NCBI GenBank assembly: GCA_964452775.1 | Contig: CAYVQP010000009.1 | Location: 7,289-71,288 of the forward strand | Length of the DNA stretch: 64,000 bases | DNA from: an uncultured Ardenticatenaceae bacterium | Lineage (GTDB): Bacteria; Chloroflexota; Anaerolineae; Promineifilales; Promineifilaceae | Reading direction: 5' to 3' | Shown: positions 37,279-46,546 of the stretch, in pieces | Layout of the letters: each line of letters begins with the position of its first letter | Numbering within the stretch: the stretch's first letter is position 1 | Translations under genes and position numbers: made by a program | The notes under the pieces: model-generated | Told to the model about the DNA's origin: nothing | What the model saw: only the letters and a program-made list of their open reading frames with translations | Databases searched by the model: none

Positions 37279-39105
37279 CTATTCCTCTGGGGCGTTAAGG
37301 AAGCCGCCCCACAGGGCCGTGAAGTATGAGAATGCGCCTGTGTTCCCGGTATGCAACGGATGTGCGGCATCCCATTGCAGACCCCAGGAGAGGACGACGT
37401 CATTCGCATCGAACTTGGAGCCATCGTGGAAGACTACGCCCTCGCGCAGGGTGCAGGTCCACACGGTCAGGTCCTCGTTCGGTTCGCAGGCTGTGGCCAG
37501 ACCCGGCTCTACCGCGGTGCCGCCAACCTCATAGGAAAGCAACGCCTCGGTGACCTGCTCGCACGCGCGCAGCGATTCACCATCGGTCTCATCAGCGCAG
37601 TATAGGCTGATGGGTTCAGCGTTCTGCATCCAGACGAAGGTATCCTTGCCGGGATTCATCACCGCAAAGTACTCATTGCCCAACGGGCTGGCATGCGCCC
37701 CTTCGACGCCGGCCTGGAAGGCAGTAGCCGAGCCGCCGTGCGCTATCGGTACCATCGGCACATGCGTCCGGATGGCATTGTTAGCTTCGACGTAGAAGGG
37801 TTCGCGGGCGGCATCGTCAGCCAGAGCAGCGCCGGCGATGAGTGCAGCCGTAATGTCATCGAAGTGCGTACCGAACTGCGGCGATGAACCTGCGCCGAAG
37901 TGATAGTCCAGGAAGTTGGTCATGTCAGGATAGTCAGCGCCCCAGCCAAGCAGGTACAGACCCTCCAGCTCGCCGGCGTCGGCGGCGGCCAGAAACGCGC
38001 CCGATTCCATGACTTCAATCTCGGCGGTGATGTTCAGGTTTTCCAGCAATTGCGCCTGAATGTCTTGCGCCACCAGCGAGGGCTCGGGCAGGTAACCGCG
38101 GACCACATCGCGATAGTTGATCACGGTGGTGAATCCATCCGGGAAGCCGGCTTCGGTCAGCAGCGCCTTCGCAGCTTCCGGATCGAACTCATACCATTCG
38201 TCGCCAGTGCAGCCGTTCGGAATGGAGCAAGGTGTGAAGTGCGTTGCCACTTCCGAGCCGGCCGGGTAGAAGTTGTCCACGATACGTTGGCGATCAATGC
38301 CCATGGCGATGGCCTGGCGCACCATTTCGTTGTCGAACGGCGCGAAGACGTTGTTCATGCCGACGTAGAAGATATTCAGCGCGGGCCGCTCGATCAACTG
38401 CAACGCAGAATCGCTGCTGATCGTCTCGAAGTCATCCGGGCTGGGGTTGTCAATGCCGTCAACGGTGCCGGACTGCAGTTCCAGCAACCGGGCAGCGCCT
38501 TCCGTGCTCCAGCGGAAGACCAGCGTTTCGGTCGCCGCCGGGTCGCCCCAGTAGGCATCGTTGCGGGTGAAGACAACTTCCTCACCACGCGACCAGCGAT
38601 CGATCATGTAGGGGCCGGTGCCGATCGGATGCTCAAGGATGTCACCCGTGCCGCCGGTCGCTTCCAGATATTCGCTCGGCTGGATGGCGAACGCCGTAAA
38701 GGCAGCCTTGGAGCGGAACGCCGGGTCTGGGCGGCACATCGTGAACTGCACCGTCAGCTCGTCGAGCGCGGCAATCTCCTGGATCAAACCACCATAATCG
38801 CAACTCTCCGCGGTCATTACCATGGGGGTAAATTCTGCGGCGGCCGGCGCTTCAGTGGCTTCTTCTGCGGGCGCTTCAGTGGCTTCTTCTGCCGGCGCCT
38901 CGGTCGGCTCTTCCATGGCCTCTTCAGTAGGCTCTTCCATTGGCTCTTCGGTCGGCTCTTCGGCGACCTCTTCTTCGGTCTCCGCTTCTTCTTCGGCTGG
39001 AGCTTCGGTTGCCGCCGGCTCGGTCGTTCCGCCGGTACAGGCGACAACCGCCAGGCCAAGCAGAAGCAGAATTACTATGAACTTAAACAAATGGGCGTTG
39101 CGCAT
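37279..39105 (-). CDS. ABC transporter substrate-binding lipoprotein, family 5 (peptide/nickel type)
   Basis: Lipobox LGLAVVACTGG, an acidic E/P/T/A repeat linker, then an SBP_bac_5-like body (..VVFTRNDAYWG.., ..LGWGADYPD..). Confidence 0.9.
   Translation of the reverse strand: MRNAHLFKFIVILLLLGLAVVACTGGTTEPAATEAPAEEEAETEEEVAEEPTEEPMEEPTEEAMEEPTEAPAEEATEAPAEEATEAPAAAEFTPMVMTAESCDYGGLIQEIAALDELTVQFTMCRPDPAFRSKAAFTAFAIQPSEYLEATGGTGDILEHPIGTGPYMIDRWSRGEEVVFTRNDAYWGDPAATETLVFRWSTEGAARLLELQSGTVDGIDNPSPDDFETISSDSALQLIERPALNIFYVGMNNVFAPFDNEMVRQAIAMGIDRQRIVDNFYPAGSEVATHFTPCSIPNGCTGDEWYEFDPEAAKALLTEAGFPDGFTTVINYRDVVRGYLPEPSLVAQDIQAQLLENLNITAEIEVMESGAFLAAADAGELEGLYLLGWGADYPDMTNFLDYHFGAGSSPQFGTHFDDITAALIAGAALADDAAREPFYVEANNAIRTHVPMVPIAHGGSATAFQAGVEGAHASPLGNEYFAVMNPGKDTFVWMQNAEPISLYCADETDGESLRACEQVTEALLSYEVGGTAVEPGLATACEPNEDLTVWTCTLREGVVFHDGSKFDANDVVLSWGLQWDAAHPLHTGNTGAFSYFTALWGGFLNAPEE
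38846..39010 (-). repeat. In-frame 24-nt tandem repeats encoding an acidic (E-E-P/A-T) linker
   Basis: GGCGCTTCAGTGGCTTCTTCTGC(G/C) occurs twice, identical except for the final base (38846-38869 and 38870-38893). Diverged 24-nt units follow. The peptide reads ..EEPTEEPMEEPTEEAMEEPTEAPAEEATEAPAEEATEAP... Confidence 0.7.
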
Positions 39106-39328
39106 GTCTCTTCTCCTTGTTTAGATTGACAAACTTGTGGTACGGGGGCCACATTTCTGACTTGCACCGTACTGTATATTAGCATGCGCTGAGCATGCGG
39201 GCAAAGGCAAGCCGATCTCCAGAAAAAAACGGGCCTGCGGCGGCGAACAGCGATCGCGAGCCTATTTACGCCACATTCGCGGAAGCCGGCGCTTTCTGGT
39301 TGCCGGACGGACAGGTATAATTGGCAGT

Positions 39329-41059
39329 ATGAAGAGCAATCGCGAAATCGCCGCCCTCTTTGCGCAAATCGCGGAGATGCTGTCCATTCGGGGCGACTCC
39401 ATTCACCGCGTCCTGGCCTATCAGCGGGCTTCAGAGAGCCTCATGGAGCTTGGCCGGGATGTGTCGTCCCTGCACGCAGAAGGAAGACTGACCGACATCC
39501 CCGGCATCGGCGCGACGTTAGCCGAAAAGATCGCGGAAATACTTACCACCGGCAAACTAGAGTTCTACGACCGGTTGGCCGAGGAGATTCCGCCCGCGCT
39601 GACCGAATTGCTGCGAGTAGACGGTCTCGGACCAAAGCGAGTCAAAGCCATTTACGACACGCTTGGCATTACCTCCTTAGAGGAGCTTCAGCAGGCGGCG
39701 ATAAAGGGAGAACTAAGGAAGCTACCCGGCATGGGGCCAACATCTGAGGCCAAGTTGATCAAGGCGATCGATAGCCTGGCGCGCCATCAGGACGACCGTA
39801 TTCCGCTTGAAGCTGCCTGGGCGATTGCGAACCAGGTGCTGAATGTCTTGACGGCGCTTCCCGGCGTGACTCAGTCGGCGGTAGGCGGCTCTTTGCGACG
39901 CATGCGTGAAACGGTCGGCGATATTGACCTGATGCTGGCGGCCGGCGACGCAGAAACAATCATGGACGCCTTCTGCAGTATGGAGAACGTTGAGTCGGTG
40001 CTTGGAAAAGGGCCGACCAAGTCTAGCGTAATACTGCGGAACGGCACTCGCATTCAATTGCGGGTGTTGCCGGAGGAACGCTGGGGCACACTGCTCTCAT
40101 ACTTCACCGGCAGCCAGGCGCATAATGTGCGGCTGCGTGAACTGGCGTTGAAACAAGGGATGACGCTAAATGAGCATGAGTTCCGCGCCCTGGCCGGCGA
40201 AGTTGAGCCACATCTCTGCGCCACCGAAGAAGAGGTCTACCGGACGTTGGGCCTACCTTACATCGCCCCCACGTTGAGGGAAGATCGCGGCGAAATCGAA
40301 GCTGCGTTGGCGGGCAGATTGCCGGCGCTGGTCGAGGAAAGAGACTTAATTGCCGACCTGCACATGCACACCAACTGGTCAGATGGGAGCGCGACAATCC
40401 TGGAAATGGCGCAGGCCGCCCGGCGTATCGGGTTACAATACATCGTTATCAGCGATCATTCGGCCAGCCTGGGTATTGCCAATGGGCTTTCAGTCGAGCG
40501 TCTGAGGCAGCAGGCGGTGGAGATCCGGCAGACAAATGAAGCGATGGGACCGGACTTTCGCATTTTCCATGGCACAGAAATGGAGATCAGGACGGATGGC
40601 GCCCTGGATTACCCTGACGACGTGCTGGCGGAATTGGACTTCGTCACCGCGGCGCTGCACATCGGGCTGAACCAGCCCCGTGAGCAGGTGACCCGGCGGG
40701 CGTTGGCTGCCATAGACAACCCGCATGTGGACATGTTGGCCCATCCCACCGGGCGATTGTTGCCCGAGCGACCCGGCGCAGATCTTGACATGGAGGCGAT
40801 CCTCTATGCGGCCAGCCGGACCGGCACCATCCTGGAAATTAATGCGAACCCGCGCCGGCTGGACCTGCGCGATGTTCACGTGCGCCGAGCGATTGAGCTC
40901 GGCGTCAGGATTGCGATCAACACAGACGCACATCATCCGGACCACTTCAAGTTCCGGCATTTCGGAGTCGCAACCGCCCAACGCGGATGGGCGGAGGCGA
41001 AAGACGTAGTGAACACCTGGTCCTTGGCGCGATTTACGGCGCACCTTCAACGGGGGTAA
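39329..41059 (+). CDS. polX: DNA polymerase X family with C-terminal PHP phosphoesterase domain
   Basis: N-terminal NREIAALFAQIAEMLSIRGD (8-kDa/HhH), GSLRRMRETVGDIDLM (palm) and ADLHMHTNWSDG (PHP). Confidence 0.85.
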   Translation: MKSNREIAALFAQIAEMLSIRGDSIHRVLAYQRASESLMELGRDVSSLHAEGRLTDIPGIGATLAEKIAEILTTGKLEFYDRLAEEIPPALTELLRVDGLGPKRVKAIYDTLGITSLEELQQAAIKGELRKLPGMGPTSEAKLIKAIDSLARHQDDRIPLEAAWAIANQVLNVLTALPGVTQSAVGGSLRRMRETVGDIDLMLAAGDAETIMDAFCSMENVESVLGKGPTKSSVILRNGTRIQLRVLPEERWGTLLSYFTGSQAHNVRLRELALKQGMTLNEHEFRALAGEVEPHLCATEEEVYRTLGLPYIAPTLREDRGEIEAALAGRLPALVEERDLIADLHMHTNWSDGSATILEMAQAARRIGLQYIVISDHSASLGIANGLSVERLRQQAVEIRQTNEAMGPDFRIFHGTEMEIRTDGALDYPDDVLAELDFVTAALHIGLNQPREQVTRRALAAIDNPHVDMLAHPTGRLLPERPGADLDMEAILYAASRTGTILEINANPRRLDLRDVHVRRAIELGVRIAINTDAHHPDHFKFRHFGVATAQRGWAEAKDVVNTWSLARFTAHLQRG

Positions 41060-41061
41060 GG

Positions 41062-42306
41062 ATGGCAGAACTGAGTACAACTACCACCGGCATCTTTCAG
41101 CGCGTCTTTCACGGGCTGGAGCCCCACGTTCTCGACGAATTGCGCCGCCTTGCCGAACGCAACAACTATCCGGCCGGTGTGGTGCTCTGCCGGCAGGGCG
41201 AGCGCGAACACACCTTTTACATCGTTGTCAGCGGCAGGGTAGTCGTTACCCAAAAGCTGGAGGACGGCGAGGAACGATTGCTTGGGGTGCGCGGGCCAAA
41301 TGAGTATTTTGGCGAGATGGGCCTGCTGGATGATCGGCCACGCATGGCCAGCGTCACCACCCTGGTGCCGACCACGGTGTTGGAGCTTACCGAAGAAGCC
41401 TTTGATCTCTTTCTCGAGGAAAGCCCGGTAATTGCCTTCGCAATGCTGCGCCGGATCCTGGAGACGCTGCGAAATATTGACCAGACGGCCATCGAGGATC
41501 TGCGTTCGAAAAATGAGGCATTACGGCAGGCGTATGAAGAGCTGCAATCGGCTCACGAAGCTCTGGTTGAAAAGCGACGCCTGGAACGTGAGCTGGAAAT
41601 TGCGGCGGAAGTGCAGCGCAACCTGTTGCCGGCCAACCTCCCCAACCATCCTGATTATCGGAACGCCGCTTACCTGGAGCCGGCGCGCGGGGTGGGCGGC
41701 GATTTCTATGATGTCTTCGACCTGGACGATCAGCATCTGGGTATCTTGATCGCCGATGTGGCGGACAAGAGCATCCAGGCCGCTCTCTTTATGGCGGTAA
41801 CGCGCACCTTGTTTCAGGTGGAGAGCCGGCGAACGCTTTCGCCGTCCAATGTGGCGCTGGCAGTTCATAGCGGCATGCTGGCTGTCTCTCCGGTGGCCGA
41901 CACATTTGTAACTGCTTTTTATGGCGTCCTACACCGGCCCAGTGGACTTCTGAAATATATCATTGCCGGACACGAGCACCCCCTGCTGGCGCGCCCAGGC
42001 CAGGGAATCTCCGTGCTGGAGGGAAAGGGGCGGTTTTTGGGCATGCTGCCGCAGCTCTCCCTGGAGGAGTACGCGGTCGAGATCACGTCTGGAGATCGGC
42101 TGGTTTTGTTTAGTGATGGCGTATCGGATGCCGAGAATCCGGCCGGCGAGAACTATGGCTCTGAAAGACTTCGTGCCATCGTGCGCAGCAGTCACCACCT
42201 GGAGGCCGGTCCGCTGGTTGATGCGATCCGGGCCGACATAGCCGCCTGGCAGCAGCACGCCCCGCCCATTGATGATTTGGCCATCCTGGTGGTAGAGGCG
42301 CGCTGA
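41062..42306 (+). CDS. Cyclic-nucleotide-binding domain + coiled coil + PP2C (SpoIIE/RsbU-type) phosphatase
   Basis: cNMP-binding motifs FGEMGLL and RPRMASV. PPM domain: VGGDFYDVF, ILIADVADKS, LVLFSDGVSD, DDLAILVVE. ATG lies 2 nt after the polX stop. Confidence 0.85.
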   Translation: MAELSTTTTGIFQRVFHGLEPHVLDELRRLAERNNYPAGVVLCRQGEREHTFYIVVSGRVVVTQKLEDGEERLLGVRGPNEYFGEMGLLDDRPRMASVTTLVPTTVLELTEEAFDLFLEESPVIAFAMLRRILETLRNIDQTAIEDLRSKNEALRQAYEELQSAHEALVEKRRLERELEIAAEVQRNLLPANLPNHPDYRNAAYLEPARGVGGDFYDVFDLDDQHLGILIADVADKSIQAALFMAVTRTLFQVESRRTLSPSNVALAVHSGMLAVSPVADTFVTAFYGVLHRPSGLLKYIIAGHEHPLLARPGQGISVLEGKGRFLGMLPQLSLEEYAVEITSGDRLVLFSDGVSDAENPAGENYGSERLRAIVRSSHHLEAGPLVDAIRADIAAWQQHAPPIDDLAILVVEAR

Positions 42307-42308
42307 CT

Positions 42309-42878
42309 GTGGCCAGCTTTGAGAAACCCCCTGATCCGCGAGAAGGAGGTCTGAAGCGGCGTCTCGCCCGTCGCCAACGACAGGATAGTCCCGAGCCGCT
42401 GCCCTGGTTGTGGATTGGTCTGGGTGTGCTGGTGACCGCGGCCGGCCTCTTCCTGGCCTTTCTGTTGGCGAATACGATGTTGATCCCGGAACCACTGGCA
42501 ACCGGCCAGCCGCAGCCGACCGTGATTCGCCTTACCGCGCCGCCAAGCCCGATTCCTTCACCGACAACGGCGGTGGAGACCCCCACTTCGATCCCGACTC
42601 TGACGCCGGTTCCGACCCTGGACCTTGCCCATCCCCCCGCCGACGTCACGGTGGGCTACTATGCCATGGTTGTTGGCACCGGCGGCGATGGGGTGACGGT
42701 CCGGGGAGGCCCGAGCACCTCTGACACGCGCCTGCTGACCGCCGCCGAAGGACGGCTGATGATCGTGCTTGAAGGGCCGGTAACCGGCGGCGATTTCGAA
42801 TGGTGGCGCGTGAGACTGGATGACGGCGCCGAAGGATGGATCGCGGGCGATTTTCTGGCCCCGGCGCCCGCGCCCTGA
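42309..42878 (+). CDS. Single-pass membrane protein with Pro/Thr linker and C-terminal bacterial SH3-like domain
   Basis: TM helix WLWIGLGVLVTAAGLFLAFLL. C-terminal ..VTVRGGPSTSDTRLLTAAEGRLMIVLEG..WWRVRLDDGAEGWIAGDFL. GTG lies 2 nt after the upstream stop. Confidence 0.6.
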   Translation: MASFEKPPDPREGGLKRRLARRQRQDSPEPLPWLWIGLGVLVTAAGLFLAFLLANTMLIPEPLATGQPQPTVIRLTAPPSPIPSPTTAVETPTSIPTLTPVPTLDLAHPPADVTVGYYAMVVGTGGDGVTVRGGPSTSDTRLLTAAEGRLMIVLEGPVTGGDFEWWRVRLDDGAEGWIAGDFLAPAPAP

Positions 42879-42965
42879 TCACAATGCTGCTTCGCGGAAA
42901 CGTGATCATCGAGCATGGGCGATTGAGCCAGGTCACTTTCCGGGAAGATGCAGAAACCAGGCTAA

Positions 42966-45008
<2,043 letters not shown>

Positions 45009-45032
45009 GGAGGGGTCTGCCGGGGAGCCGGA

Positions 45033-46013
45033 CTACAGCCAGCCCTGCTCTCGATACCACGCTACCGCGGCGCGACTGCCACGATCCAGGTCGTATTGTG
45101 GCGAGTAACCCAATTGGCGATGCGCCTTTTCCCAGGAAAAGCGCCGGCTCTCGCTGAAGAAGGCCACACCTGTACGGCTCAAGGGTGCGTTTTTGCCGAA
45201 TAGTCCGGCCGCGCCCTCCAGCAGTATGGCCGCACCCATAGCAATCGGTCTGGGCAACGAGAATCGGGGGGCGGGCACGCCCAAAGCGCGGGCCAGGGTT
45301 TCCCCCAGCTCTCTAAACGTGACCGGGCGGGGGCCGGTGAGGTGGTAGATTTCGCCGGCGTTGCCCTCGCGCAGGCAAAGAAGTACGCCGTCAACAGCAT
45401 CGTCAATATAGGTCGGATGGCAGGTGTGTCGCCCGCCATCTACGTAGAAGAACTGCCTCCGCTTGACGGCGAGAAACAGACCCAGGACGTGTTGATCGCC
45501 GGGACCATAAACGAACTCCGGCCTGGCAATCACAACCGGCATTCCATTGGCCGCATAAGAGGCTACCAGTCTCTCCGCTTCCGCTTTGCTGCGCTCATAA
45601 GGATTGCTGGGGGCGAGCAGGGCGCTCTCGCCGGCCGGCTCGGCGGCAATTGGACCGAGCACGCCTGGACTGCTGATGTAAATCAGGCGTGGCGGCGGAT
45701 CACAACGACTGATCTCGTCCAGGATGTTGCGCGTTCCTTCGACGTGCAGCGCGTGATAGGCAGCCTCTGGGACGCCGGCTTTGCCAAGCATCCCGGCAGC
45801 ATGGACAACGGCATCTACGCCGGAAAATACCCCGCGCAGCGTCACCGGCCTGGATATATCTACTTCCCGATAGGAGCAGTGCACTCCGCGCAGCGCGCTC
45901 CGGTCGGAGCCGGAACGCACCAACGAAAGGACTTCGACCCCTTCAGCAACCAGCCGGCGGACGATTGCGCTCCCCAGGAAGCCGGTTGCGCCAATTACGG
46001 CCACTTGTTTCAC
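45033..46013 (-). CDS. NAD-dependent epimerase/dehydratase family SDR
   Basis: VAVIGATGFLGSAIVRRL Rossmann motif and YERSKAEAE (YxxxK). Confidence 0.85.
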   Translation of the reverse strand: MKQVAVIGATGFLGSAIVRRLVAEGVEVLSLVRSGSDRSALRGVHCSYREVDISRPVTLRGVFSGVDAVVHAAGMLGKAGVPEAAYHALHVEGTRNILDEISRCDPPPRLIYISSPGVLGPIAAEPAGESALLAPSNPYERSKAEAERLVASYAANGMPVVIARPEFVYGPGDQHVLGLFLAVKRRQFFYVDGGRHTCHPTYIDDAVDGVLLCLREGNAGEIYHLTGPRPVTFRELGETLARALGVPAPRFSLPRPIAMGAAILLEGAAGLFGKNAPLSRTGVAFFSESRRFSWEKAHRQLGYSPQYDLDRGSRAAVAWYREQGWL

Positions 46014-46151
46014 GTATCCATCCTTGTAACCATGTCTGCATTATACTGCCACTGTTCAACATGCGGGGCAGCCGCTATAATGTACGTGTTCACTTTAGCC
46101 GCAGTTGTCTTTGAAGGCGCGCACTGCGCATTTTTTAGCAGAGGAGCATTC

Positions 46152-46442
46152 GTGCGTAAGTCAGATCGTAGCTTGGTTTTGCGCCTGTTCATCGTAGCGC
46201 TGATAATGTTTGGAATGCTGACGCCTACTTTGATCAGCCCCTCGTACGCCCTGGCGCAGAGCGCTGAAGAAGAAGGAACTGCCGATACCGGGCCGGTGGA
46301 ATCATCGGAGAGCGTGGGCGCGGCCGTGGTCATGTCCGTTATTGCGCTTGCCTTGTTGCTTGTCGCCGTGGTCGCCATAATCGGGGCTGTTGGTCTGGGG
46401 GTTATTGGGATCGGATACTGGTCGGTTAACCAGGGGGACTAG
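46152..46442 (+). CDS. Small hypothetical secreted / membrane-anchored protein
   Basis: GTG 46152 with GAGGAG 5 nt upstream. Signal-like LRLFIVALIMFGMLTPTLISPSYALA, an acidic stretch, then a ~40-aa hydrophobic tail. The upstream part of ORF 45342..46442 is antisense to the SDR gene. Confidence 0.4.
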   Translation: MRKSDRSLVLRLFIVALIMFGMLTPTLISPSYALAQSAEEEGTADTGPVESSESVGAAVVMSVIALALLLVAVVAIIGAVGLGVIGIGYWSVNQGD

Positions 46443-46546
46443 CGGGGTTTCGGGGAGCTTGAAGCGTGTCAAAGCCGGGTAAGACGGAGTTTCTTTGCCG
46501 GCTAACCTGAGCACACCATCATTCGCGGAGCCCTTCGAGCGCGACT

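Noticed and set aside
38846-39010. Tandem 24-nt repeats, checked as a possible CRISPR or other non-coding repeat array.
   Set aside because: There are no spacers. The repeats are in frame and encode the acidic linker of the SBP lipoprotein.
37900-39129. 409-aa plus-strand ORF.
   Set aside because: It is entirely antisense to the well-supported SBP gene. It has an Arg/Gly-rich low-complexity composition typical of GC-rich antisense frames, and no SD.
45342-46151. Upstream 270 codons of the 366-aa plus-strand ORF.
   Set aside because: It is antisense to the SDR epimerase gene and has no family motifs. Only the intergenic tail (46152-46442) is considered potentially real.
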